Of a stretch of DNA of 64,000 bases, positions 10,408 through 19,211 are shown piece by piece. A program made the position numbers and the translations under genes. The first letter of the stretch is position 1; the number at the start of each line of letters is the position of its first letter. This stretch comes from Candidatus Poriferihabitaceae bacterium (GTDB lineage: Bacteria; Pseudomonadota; Gammaproteobacteria; Arenicellales; Poriferihabitantaceae): assembly GCA_965204165.1 (NCBI GenBank), contig OZ241969.1, positions 498,910-562,909 on the forward strand. Direction: 5' to 3'. The notes under the pieces were generated by a model. It did no database searches. It was not told where the DNA came from and was given only the letters and a program-made list of their open reading frames with translations.

Positions 10408-11411
10408 TGTCCGGACAGATCCAGATCACCTGGCTGAACGGCCGGGACATCGAGGCGCTGGCATTCACGGACGACGAGATCCTGGAGGCGGTGGAAGCGG
10501 GTCTTGGGTTCGCGGGGGAAGGCGAGACCGTGATCGAACCGAGGGTGCACCTCCGGCCGGACCCCGCCTTCAACGGCCATTTCAACGTGCTCCGGGGGTA
10601 CGTCGCGCCCCTTGGCACGGCGGGAGTCAAGATCGTCGGCGACTACGTCGACAACTATCGCCGGGGTCTGCCCTCCGAAATGGCGCTGCTGAACCTGTTC
10701 GACCCGCAAACCGGCATGCCGAAGGCCATCCTCGACGCCACCGCCATCACGGAGATGCGCACCGGGGCGCTCACCGCCATCGGCGCCAAGTACCTCGCCA
10801 GGAAGAATCCCAGGGTGCTCGGCCATGTCGGGGCACGGGGCACGGCGTACTGGAACGTGCGCCTGCTGGACCGATTGTTCGATTTCGCGGAAATCCGGGT
10901 GCATTCCCGCCGGCCCGAAAGCCGCGAGGCCTTTGCCCGGCGCCTGTCCGCGGATCTGGAAAAGGAGGTCATCGCCACCGATGACTGGGAAAGCTGCCTC
11001 GACGGCGCGGACATCCTGGTGGAGGCCTCACGCCTGCCGGAGCCGATGCCGCTGTTCCGGACCCGCTGGATACGCCCCGGTGCCCTGGTGATACCCTACG
11101 GCACCATGAGCGCCCTGGAACTGGACATCACCGACGGCATGGACAAGATCGTGGTGGATGACCGGGGACAGATGAACGCCGGCCCCCTGGGCGCCCTCAG
11201 GCCCCATATCGACGCGGGCAAGGTGAGCCCGGAATCGGTGCATGGCGAGATCGGTGAAATCGTGTGCGGACGCCTTCCGGGCCGGGAGAGCGAGGCCGAG
11301 ACCATCCTGTTCTGGCACCGGGGCCTTGCCACCAGCGACATCGCGCTCGGGGTCGCCATGCTGCAGAAGGCCGGACGCCTGAACATCGGCCGGACGCTCG
11401 ACTACAGCTGA
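10407..11411 (+). CDS. ornithine cyclodeaminase / mu-crystallin family protein
   Basis: Start at ATG 10407 shares one nt with the hutU stop (TGATG). It has the OCD_Mu_crystall pattern (ITEMRTGALTAIGAKYLA and the Rossmann motif LGHVGARGTA). Confidence 0.8.
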   Translation: MSGQIQITWLNGRDIEALAFTDDEILEAVEAGLGFAGEGETVIEPRVHLRPDPAFNGHFNVLRGYVAPLGTAGVKIVGDYVDNYRRGLPSEMALLNLFDPQTGMPKAILDATAITEMRTGALTAIGAKYLARKNPRVLGHVGARGTAYWNVRLLDRLFDFAEIRVHSRRPESREAFARRLSADLEKEVIATDDWESCLDGADILVEASRLPEPMPLFRTRWIRPGALVIPYGTMSALELDITDGMDKIVVDDRGQMNAGPLGALRPHIDAGKVSPESVHGEIGEIVCGRLPGRESEAETILFWHRGLATSDIALGVAMLQKAGRLNIGRTLDYS

Positions 11412-11448
11412 CACGCCGGCCGGTCCGGGAAGGTGGCATAATCGCGCC

Positions 11449-12237
11449 ATGGAAGGTGAATTCAACGCCCTGAGATCGGGCATGTTCGCGGGCATCCTGC
11501 TGCTGATGCTGGTCATTGAACGGATCTGGCCGAAGCGGCGGCAGATCGTCCCGGCCTGGCCCAGGCTGAGCACCAACCTGGGGCTCATCGTCATCGACAC
11601 CCTGGTCGTGCGGCTGCTCCTGCCCCTGACGGTGGTGGGTACGGCTGTATGGGCCACTCAGCAGTCCTGGGGACTTTTCAACCAGGTGCAACTGCCGCGG
11701 GCGCTGGAACTGGTCGCCGCCCTGCTGATACTGGACCTCGCCATCTACCTGCAGCACCGCGCCGCACATCACTTCACCTGGTTCTGGCGGATTCACCGGG
11801 TCCATCATGCCGACCCGCGTTTCGATACCACCACCGGCATCCGCTTCCATCCCCTGGAGATCATCATTTCTACCGTCTACAAGATGCTGCTCGTTGTCCT
11901 TCTCGGACCGTCCGCCATCGCCGTGCTGATCTTCGAGATCGTCCTGAACGGAACCTCGCTGTTCACCCATACCAACGTGGCGCTGCCACGCAGGCTGGAT
12001 GCCGTGCTGCGCCTCGTGATCGTGACGCCGGACGTACACCGGGTGCACCACTCCCACCTGTCGGCCGAAACGAACAGCAACTTCGGTTTCAACCTCACGG
12101 TCTGGGACCGGTTGTTTCACACGTGGAAGGAGCAGCCGGACCGGGGGCATGCCGCCATGGACATCGGGCTGCCGGAGTATTCCGACAACATGCCCACCCA
12201 TCTGGGCTGGTGCCTCTGGCTGCCGTTCACGAAATAG
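11449..12237 (+). CDS. fatty acid hydroxylase / sterol desaturase family membrane protein
   Basis: 262 aa and polytopic, with three His boxes (HRAAHH, HRVHHAD, HRVHHSH). Confidence 0.75.
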   Translation: MEGEFNALRSGMFAGILLLMLVIERIWPKRRQIVPAWPRLSTNLGLIVIDTLVVRLLLPLTVVGTAVWATQQSWGLFNQVQLPRALELVAALLILDLAIYLQHRAAHHFTWFWRIHRVHHADPRFDTTTGIRFHPLEIIISTVYKMLLVVLLGPSAIAVLIFEIVLNGTSLFTHTNVALPRRLDAVLRLVIVTPDVHRVHHSHLSAETNSNFGFNLTVWDRLFHTWKEQPDRGHAAMDIGLPEYSDNMPTHLGWCLWLPFTK

Positions 12238-12327
12238 CGTCCCCGCCGCATACGACGATTCGCTACTGGAGCGCGTGATGGCTGGGGTTTACACTCGGGT
12301 TCTTTCCACACCAAGCAGAATCAGACG

Positions 12328-13737
12328 ATGACCATCGCCCTGATCGGACCCTCCGGCGCAGGCAAGGGGACGCAGGCCGCCAGGCTGGTTGCAACCCGCG
12401 ACCTGTTGCACATTTCAACCGGAGACCTGTTCCGCGATGCCCTGGAGAAGAGAACGGCACTGGGATTCCTGACCCGGCAGTACATGAATGCCGGCGAGCT
12501 CGTGCCCAACGAGGTGGTCGGCTCGCTGATCGAGGAATGGATGGTCAAGGTGATGCCCAGCAAGGAAATCCTGTTCGACGGTTTTCCCCGGACCCGTCAC
12601 CAGGCCAACCTGCTGGACGACCTGTCCCGGGTCCAGGACCGCCACCTCAGGGCGGCGATCTACCTGAAGGTGTCGGACGAGGAAATCTCCCGGCGCCTGC
12701 CGGGGCGGATCATCTGCCGCACCTGCCAGACGCCCTACCATGTGGAGCACCGTCCGCCGGCGGTGGAGGGCCGCTGCGACCTGTGCCGGGGTGAACTGCA
12801 TACCAGGGACGACGACATCCCGGCCATCGTGCGGACACGCATCCGTACCTCCCACCGCACCCTGGAGCCGCTGCTGGATCATTACGCGGAATCGGGCAAG
12901 CTGCTGATCGTGGACGGCGAGGGAACGGTGGACGAGGTATTCGAGTCCATCTCCCACGCCATGGATGCCGTCGAGCGGGGCATCGCGGCCTTCGCCACAC
13001 CCGAGGAACTGCACGAAATCCAGCCCCTCAAGGGAACCGTCACCGCCATCAGCACCAGCGAGGCCAGGCGCACGCTGGATGTCGTGCTGCTGGGCGGCCC
13101 GGGTTCCGGCAAGGGCACCCAGGCCAAGCACCTGACGAGAAATCTCGGCCTGGACCACGTCGCCACCGGCGATATCTTCCGCCACCACATCCATTCCGAG
13201 ACCGATCTCGGGAGGCTGGCAAAAACCTACATCGACAACGGCGAACTGGTGCCGGACGACGTCACCGAGGCCATGGTGGAGGACCGCCTGGAACAGATCG
13301 CCCAGGGCCGCGGATTCATCCTGGACGGCTTCCCCCGCACCACCCCCCAGGCGGAGGCGCTGACGGAGATCATGAACAAGCTGCAGCGGCGGCTGGCAGC
13401 GGTAATGCACATCAAGGTGGACGATGACGCCATCGTGGAGCGCCTGTCCAACCGGCTCACCTGCCGCAGTTGCCAGACACCGTTCCACCGGCGCTACAAT
13501 CCCCCGGAGAAAGAGGGCGTCTGCGACAAGTGCGGCGGCGAACTGTACGTGCGGGACGATGACAATCCGGAAACGGTGCGGACCAGGCTGAAGACATACC
13601 ATGCCCAGACCGAGCCGTTGATCGCCTACTACCGGGACGCCGGCCTCCTGATGGATATTGACGGCGAACTGCCGCTCAACGAGGTGACCCGGTCCATGGC
13701 CCACGAACTGGAAAACATCAGGGCGGACCTTTCCTAG
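12328..13737 (+). CDS. adk: tandem (double) adenylate kinase fusion
   Basis: 469 aa containing two complete ADK modules. Module 1 has GPSGAGKGTQ, DGFPRT, CRTC..CDLC and RDDD. Module 2 has GGPGSGKGTQ, DGFPRT, CRSC..CDKC and RDDD. Confidence 0.85.
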   Translation: MTIALIGPSGAGKGTQAARLVATRDLLHISTGDLFRDALEKRTALGFLTRQYMNAGELVPNEVVGSLIEEWMVKVMPSKEILFDGFPRTRHQANLLDDLSRVQDRHLRAAIYLKVSDEEISRRLPGRIICRTCQTPYHVEHRPPAVEGRCDLCRGELHTRDDDIPAIVRTRIRTSHRTLEPLLDHYAESGKLLIVDGEGTVDEVFESISHAMDAVERGIAAFATPEELHEIQPLKGTVTAISTSEARRTLDVVLLGGPGSGKGTQAKHLTRNLGLDHVATGDIFRHHIHSETDLGRLAKTYIDNGELVPDDVTEAMVEDRLEQIAQGRGFILDGFPRTTPQAEALTEIMNKLQRRLAAVMHIKVDDDAIVERLSNRLTCRSCQTPFHRRYNPPEKEGVCDKCGGELYVRDDDNPETVRTRLKTYHAQTEPLIAYYRDAGLLMDIDGELPLNEVTRSMAHELENIRADLS

Positions 13738-13754
13738 GGCCATCCCGCCGGCCG

Positions 13755-14675
13755 TTACGGAATGCGCGGGCGGCGGTTCACCAGGTACACCCCGGCGCAG
13801 ACCATGGCGAGCGCCCACAGCACGGAGGACGTCAGGTCCTCCCCCAGGATCAGCCAGCCGAATATCACGCCGAAAACCGGCGCAAGAAAACTGAACGACG
13901 CCATGTCCGCGGCGGGATACACCGACAGCACCCAGAACCAGACCAGGAACCCGAGGCAGATCACCACCAGCACCTGGAAGGCCACCAGCCAGGCCGTCAG
14001 CGCGGTGAACTGCCGAACCGGGTCGCCGACCAAGGCGGCGGCAGCCATCAGGATGACCGCCGACACCACGAGCTGGTACAGGAGCTGCATTTCCGGGCAG
14101 GCCCTGGACAGGCTGGTGGTTCGGGCCACGAGGATGATGCCCGCCCAGAACACGGCGGCGACGAGGCAGTAGAGATCTCCGCGCAGGGTGGGGCGCAGCG
14201 TGTCGAAATGGTCGGACATTGCAACCACGACGCCCGCCACCGCGAGAACGAGCCCGGCCAGCCGGACCAGGGTCAGGTTTTCGCCCGGAATCATGAAGTG
14301 GGCCCCGACAGCCGCCCAGAACGGCATCGTGTAGAAGAATACCGAGGCACGGGCCACCGTCGTGTGGTCCAGCGCCGGGAAGAGCAGGAGAAATTCGCTG
14401 GCGAAGAAAACGCCGGCGAGAATCCCGGGGGCCAGGCTGCCGTCGCGCAGCGTCAGCCTGCGGCGGAGGGCCATCGCCACGAGAAGGACCGGAAGGATGG
14501 CCAGGGCGGAACGCAGCCCGGCCTGGAACACCGGCTGCAACCCGATATTGGTCACCTTCACCACTACCTGGTTGAGCCCCATCAGCGCCGAGCAGAAAAT
14601 CAGGAGCCCCGCGCCCAGCCCGTCAATACGCTCGCGCCGCCGGGTAACCGGTAACCTCCTGGTCGTGTCGTTCAT
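13755..14675 (-). CDS. DMT superfamily (EamA-like) transporter
   Basis: 306 aa with about 10 predicted TM segments and the duplicated EamA pattern. Confidence 0.8.
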   Translation of the reverse strand: MNDTTRRLPVTRRRERIDGLGAGLLIFCSALMGLNQVVVKVTNIGLQPVFQAGLRSALAILPVLLVAMALRRRLTLRDGSLAPGILAGVFFASEFLLLFPALDHTTVARASVFFYTMPFWAAVGAHFMIPGENLTLVRLAGLVLAVAGVVVAMSDHFDTLRPTLRGDLYCLVAAVFWAGIILVARTTSLSRACPEMQLLYQLVVSAVILMAAAALVGDPVRQFTALTAWLVAFQVLVVICLGFLVWFWVLSVYPAADMASFSFLAPVFGVIFGWLILGEDLTSSVLWALAMVCAGVYLVNRRPRIP

Positions 14676-14786
14676 GGATGCCTGGATTCACATGGGCGGA
14701 TCGCGAGTGTAGCGGTTTTGAAACACACCCGGCTATTTGAGTACACTTCGCCCGTAACCCAACCCACAACCCATCGTTCATTCATC

Positions 14787-15491
14787 ATGCAAAGATTCAG
14801 CGGCAAGAAAGCCATTGTCCTCGGCGGCACCTCCGGTATCGGCCTCGCGGTTTGCCGCCAGCTCCGGGACGAGGGGGCGAACGTCCTCGCCGCCAGCCGC
14901 CGGGGCAGTACGGAAACCGGCGAGGAGGGCATCGAGACCGTGGCCTGCGACGTGCTGGACCGCGAGGCCCTGGACCGGCTTTTTTCCGCCCATGCACCCT
15001 TCGACTTCCTGGTATGCGCCGCCACCGGCGGCCCCCGGGCCCGGGGACCGTTCCTGGACATGGACCTGGACGCCTTCCAGGCATCCTTCGCCAAGCTCTG
15101 GGGCTATACCAACGCCGTCCACAGCGGCACGCCGCATCTGGCCGAGAACGGCGCCATCGTGCTCATCAGCGGGTCACCGGCCCGCAAGTCCGGCCCGGGC
15201 ATGCTCGCCATATCCACGGTCGGCAACGCCGTGGAAGGGTTCGCCCGGGCACTCGCCCCGGAGATTCCCCCCCGGCGCATCAACGTGGTTTCGCCGGGCA
15301 CCATCGACACGCCGATGTTCCCCATGGAAGGCGATGAACGGGCGCGGTATTTACGGGACCAGACCGGAGACAACGCCATTCCGCGGGCGGGAAAGCCGGA
15401 GGAAGTGGCGGAGGCGGTGCTGTTCCTGCTCGGCAACGAATTCGTGACGGGCACCACCGTGGACGTGGACGGGGGCGCGCTGCTGCCCTGA
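14787..15491 (+). CDS. short-chain dehydrogenase/reductase (SDR)
   Basis: Start moved to ATG 14787 (MQRFSGKKAIVLGGTSGIGLAV carries the TGxxxGxG motif). The C-terminus VTGTTVDVDGG is typical of SDRs. Confidence 0.8.
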   Translation: MQRFSGKKAIVLGGTSGIGLAVCRQLRDEGANVLAASRRGSTETGEEGIETVACDVLDREALDRLFSAHAPFDFLVCAATGGPRARGPFLDMDLDAFQASFAKLWGYTNAVHSGTPHLAENGAIVLISGSPARKSGPGMLAISTVGNAVEGFARALAPEIPPRRINVVSPGTIDTPMFPMEGDERARYLRDQTGDNAIPRAGKPEEVAEAVLFLLGNEFVTGTTVDVDGGALLP

Positions 15492-15569
15492 CAGGACCGG
15501 GCGGCGGGCATTGCCCGCATCTCCCCCGCCCGGGCATCCGCCGCGCAATTCCCGGCAAGAGCGGATGCC

Positions 15570-16463
15570 CTACCGCAGTATGCGCCGCCGCTCCCGGAAC
15601 CAGATCACCAGCCCCGCGACAATCACCACCGCCGCGCCGAGGAGTGTCCAACGATCCGGCGGGTGGTGGAATACCAGGTAGCTGAGAGCGGTCATCCAGA
15701 TGATGAAACTGTAGCTGAACGGCGTCAGCATGCTGGCCTCGGCGAATCCATGCGCCCGGGTGATGCATTCGTGGCCCAACCAGCCGAAGAGCGGCGTCAG
15801 CAGCAGGATGTGCCATTCCTGGGAGGTTTCCGGAACCTGCCACGACCAGACGCCGAAAGGCAGCAGTACCAGCGTCCCCACCAGTCCGGCGTAGAACTGC
15901 TGCATCTGTATGGCGACCACGCCCGCCAGCTTGCGTGTCAGCAGGGTGTAGAACGCGAACAGGGTGACGTTGGAGAGCGAAAGCAGCACCGCCGGATGAA
16001 ACTCGGCATCGAACGGCCGGATCGCGATCAGGATCCCGAGGAATCCGGCGACAATTGCAGACCACCGCCAGACCCCCACGCGCTCCCCCAGGAACACCCC
16101 GGACAGCGCGCAGACGATGATCGGGGCGGAAAACATGATGGTGGAGGTCAGGGTCAGGGGCAGGTACCTAAGTGCCATGAAATTCAGCACGGTGGTCAGC
16201 ATCAGCAGCACGCCGCGCAGCACGACCAGGGACATCATGGGAGTACGGAAGCGGCCGAGGGACAACCCTCCCCGGCAGATCAGAACCGTGGATATCAGGA
16301 AATGCCCCGCATAGCGGACGAGCGACACCTGCAGCACGGACAGCCCAGCCAGCACCAGCCATTTCGCGCTGCTGTCGAGCATGGCGAACAGCAGGTAGGC
16401 GAGACACATGAGCAGGATGCCCGGCATCGGGCGGTCGCTCCTGGGGTTGGCGACAATGGACAT
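15570..16463 (-). CDS. DMT superfamily (EamA-like) transporter
   Basis: 297 aa and polytopic. It lies 39 bp downstream of the HAL-like gene on the same strand. Confidence 0.8.
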   Translation of the reverse strand: MSIVANPRSDRPMPGILLMCLAYLLFAMLDSSAKWLVLAGLSVLQVSLVRYAGHFLISTVLICRGGLSLGRFRTPMMSLVVLRGVLLMLTTVLNFMALRYLPLTLTSTIMFSAPIIVCALSGVFLGERVGVWRWSAIVAGFLGILIAIRPFDAEFHPAVLLSLSNVTLFAFYTLLTRKLAGVVAIQMQQFYAGLVGTLVLLPFGVWSWQVPETSQEWHILLLTPLFGWLGHECITRAHGFAEASMLTPFSYSFIIWMTALSYLVFHHPPDRWTLLGAAVVIVAGLVIWFRERRRILR

Positions 16464-16502
16464 GGACTGGGTATCCCCTGCCGGGCAGGGGCATGCTGTG
16501 AA

Positions 16503-18002
16503 TCAGAGGTCTTCGCAGATTCCTCCGGCGATCCGGTCTGCCAGGGCGTCTATGGCATCACCAAGCGGCCGTTCCGCCGCCGCCGGCTCCACCACCTTCC
16601 TGACGCGGTCATGGAGTTCGGCCAGCAACGGGGCCGAGGTCGGACCGCCTCGCAATTCCGCGGCCCGGTCCGCCACCATCATCTCCATGGCGCACAGTTT
16701 CCATCCCAGTTCGACCACGCCCTGCAGACCCTTGACGGCGGCGGGCGCATTGGACTGGATGTCCTCCACGCCATCCGCATTCACACTGGGCCAGACCGGC
16801 ACCGGCATGGCCGCGTGGCCAAGTTCCGCCACCACCGACTCGGCAACCTTCATGAGCGGGGCGAAGCCGTTGGCATCGAGGCCGGGCGCCGCCAGGTACT
16901 GGGGCAGTCCGCTGAAGCGCTCTGAGAGCAGCTTGCTCATTCGGGCAAGCTGCGCCTGGGACAGTTGCACCAGTGCCTGGGACAGGGCGTGGGCGGCGAC
17001 CGTCAGGAGCGGCGTATGAAACGCGCCGCAGGAGATGATGCGGTCCCCGGCAAGGTCGACCACGGGGTTGTCGCTGGCACTGTTGATTTCCGCGCAGGCC
17101 GCCTCCTTCGCGAAATCCAGCGCGGCGAATGCGGCGCCGTGAACCTGCGGAAGGTTCCGTATCGACAGCGGATCCTGCAGCCGCCGGGCATTTGCCGGGT
17201 CGACGATCCGGCTCCCCGCCAGCAGCCGGCGCAGATCCCCGGCGGCCCGGGCCTGCCCCGGCTGCGGATGCAGATCGTCCACCAAGGCATCGAGCGGTGT
17301 CGTGGAGGCCTCGAACGCATCCATCGACATGGCCGCGGCGCCCTGCGCCGCACCGAGCAGGCGTCCCGCGCCGTGGACCGCCAGTGCCATGGCCGCCGCG
17401 GAAAACCCGGAGTGATTCGCCAGGGCGAGACCGTCCCTCGGTCCGGGCGACAGGGGGGCCAGTCCCGCCTCGGACAGCGCCTTAGCGGCATCCATCGTCC
17501 GGCCCCGGGCATCAGTCATCCGCCCTTCCCCGCACAGGGCCAGACCCAGAACAGCCCCCTGGCAGAGGTCGCCGGCACCGATGGAACCGACGCTGCCGAC
17601 CACCGGTGTCAGCCCCCGGTTGAGACACTCGCAGAGCATCTCCGGCACCGAGGCATCCGCGCCCGCGGCGCCTTTCATCAGCGTGTTCAGCCGCACCGCC
17701 ATCGCGGCCCGGACCTGGGTCCTGGACAGGGGCGTACCGATGGCATGGGCCCGGCCCCGCAGGGTTTTCAGTGAAAAGTCCGCCGCCTCCGCCGCGGTCA
17801 GTGTCTCAGTTGCACGGGACCCGAGGCCGGTGGTGAGCCCGTAGACCTGTTCCCCCTTCCCGAGGGCTTGAAGCACCCGGTCCCGGGCCCGGCGCACCCG
17901 CTCAAGACCCGCCTCGTCCAGCGACACTCCGGCGTCGGGCGAGGCGGCGATCCGGGCAAGTTGGTCAAGGGTGAGGCTGCTGCCATCAACGACGACAGCC
18001 AT
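16503..18002 (-). CDS. HAL/PAL-family (aromatic amino acid lyase fold) protein lacking the MIO-forming Ser
   Basis: Start moved to ATG 18002 (MAVVVDGSSLTLDQL...), which shares one nt with the stop of the upstream desaturase gene (TGATG). Family motifs YGLTTGLG, QDPLSIRNLPQVHGA, NSASDNPVV and GVEDIQSN are present. The Ala-Ser-Gly triad reads Gly-Ala-Gly (GSIGAGDL, codons at 17571-17579). Confidence 0.75.
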   Translation of the reverse strand: MAVVVDGSSLTLDQLARIAASPDAGVSLDEAGLERVRRARDRVLQALGKGEQVYGLTTGLGSRATETLTAAEAADFSLKTLRGRAHAIGTPLSRTQVRAAMAVRLNTLMKGAAGADASVPEMLCECLNRGLTPVVGSVGSIGAGDLCQGAVLGLALCGEGRMTDARGRTMDAAKALSEAGLAPLSPGPRDGLALANHSGFSAAAMALAVHGAGRLLGAAQGAAAMSMDAFEASTTPLDALVDDLHPQPGQARAAGDLRRLLAGSRIVDPANARRLQDPLSIRNLPQVHGAAFAALDFAKEAACAEINSASDNPVVDLAGDRIISCGAFHTPLLTVAAHALSQALVQLSQAQLARMSKLLSERFSGLPQYLAAPGLDANGFAPLMKVAESVVAELGHAAMPVPVWPSVNADGVEDIQSNAPAAVKGLQGVVELGWKLCAMEMMVADRAAELRGGPTSAPLLAELHDRVRKVVEPAAAERPLGDAIDALADRIAGGICEDL

Positions 18003-18922
18003 CAGGGCGCGCCGGCAACCGCGGCAGCAGGTTTCCGGCCGAGCGCGCGATAGATCTCCCGGTTCACCCGGAAATAGCCGTGGCCGACATGGACCAGACG
18101 GTCGGATATCAGGCGGTTGGCCTGCGGCAGGCGGTGGAAGGGGATGCCCGCGTAGGCATGGTGCGCGGTGTGGAGATTCATGTTCCAGCAGAGCCGCTGC
18201 AGCAACGGGTTGGTCAGCGTGGTGCGGGTGTTGTCGAACATGTCGGGAACCTCGGGGCAACCGGTATGTTCCGCAAGCAGGAACATGCGCAGCGCCGGCT
18301 GCGCCACCATGACCGGCAGTATCCAGTACCACCACAGCGCCGCAGTCTGGAATACCACGGACAGCGTTGCCAGTGCGCCGTAGATCAGCAGGAACCGCCG
18401 GGCCTCCGCTACCACTGCGTCCCGCCGGGACGCCGGCACGAAATCATCGGCCCGGCCGGAAGCATACCGAAGGAACATGCGGCCCTGGGCAGCCCAGTAG
18501 GGCAGCCCGCTGACATGCCGGACATAGCCCCACCTGGAGCCGGGTTTCGGCACCCCGAGTTCCGGGTCGCCGGGTACCTGGGTGTGGCGATGGTGCGTCA
18601 TGTGGAAGGCCCGGAAGTACCGGGGCGGCAGGAACAGGACCAGTCCGCAAAGGAACGCCACGCCACGGTTCAGGCCGCGCGACGCAAAAGCGGTTTCGTG
18701 AATGGTTTCGTGCAGGGGGCAGAACGAGAAAACCAGCACCACCGCGTAGCCGCACCAGCAGAGCGCCGCCGGCACCGGCGGCAGCCACAGGGAGCCGGCG
18801 GCCAGCAGACCCAGCAGCAGCAGGTGCAGCGCCAGGGCTCCGAGGCCCGCCCCGTCGGTCTTCACCACAAGACCGGACAGGACATCCGGGTCGATTGCCT
18901 GGGATCGTCGTGCCTGGGACAT
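18002..18922 (-). CDS. membrane fatty acid desaturase family protein
   Basis: 306 aa with His boxes HETIH, HMTHHRH and HTAHH, plus TM segments. Confidence 0.8.
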   Translation of the reverse strand: MSQARRSQAIDPDVLSGLVVKTDGAGLGALALHLLLLGLLAAGSLWLPPVPAALCWCGYAVVLVFSFCPLHETIHETAFASRGLNRGVAFLCGLVLFLPPRYFRAFHMTHHRHTQVPGDPELGVPKPGSRWGYVRHVSGLPYWAAQGRMFLRYASGRADDFVPASRRDAVVAEARRFLLIYGALATLSVVFQTAALWWYWILPVMVAQPALRMFLLAEHTGCPEVPDMFDNTRTTLTNPLLQRLCWNMNLHTAHHAYAGIPFHRLPQANRLISDRLVHVGHGYFRVNREIYRALGRKPAAAVAGAP

Positions 18923-19211
18923 GGATCGTTCGGAAATTCCAATAATACCAGGGTGAGTTTATCGGACTCAGGGAGGATGGGGAATCTTCACCCGGCGGCG
19001 GCATGGTGATTTTCATCATCATGTGCCGCGCCGGTTCCATGGTTCCGTTCCGCCCGCGGGACCCTGGCCGGGAACGGTCCCGGCCCCCACATGGAATACG
19101 CTGGGCGGGAGTGCTATTCTCACTCCCGCGACATGGAAAACAGGAGACTGCGCCAGGGCAGGAGCCGCGCACCCGGTCCGGCTGCGGTTCCGATCCGGAA
19201 GAGGTACGCCA

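Noticed and set aside
16503-18335. 610-aa version of the HAL-like ORF with a 111-aa N-terminal extension
   Set aside because: The extension (…HVRQHPHHADQPVAAAALLEHESPHRAPCLRGHPLPPPAAG…) is low-complexity and overlaps the 3' end of the desaturase gene in another frame. ATG 18002 gives the family-typical N-terminus and a TGATG junction.
19106-19128. Perfect 8-bp hairpin CGGGAGTG-N7-CACTCCCG in the kinase/desaturase divergent region
   Set aside because: It has no flanking U-run and no repeat copy elsewhere in the window. Short GC-rich hairpins are frequent by chance in this DNA, so I cannot assign a function.
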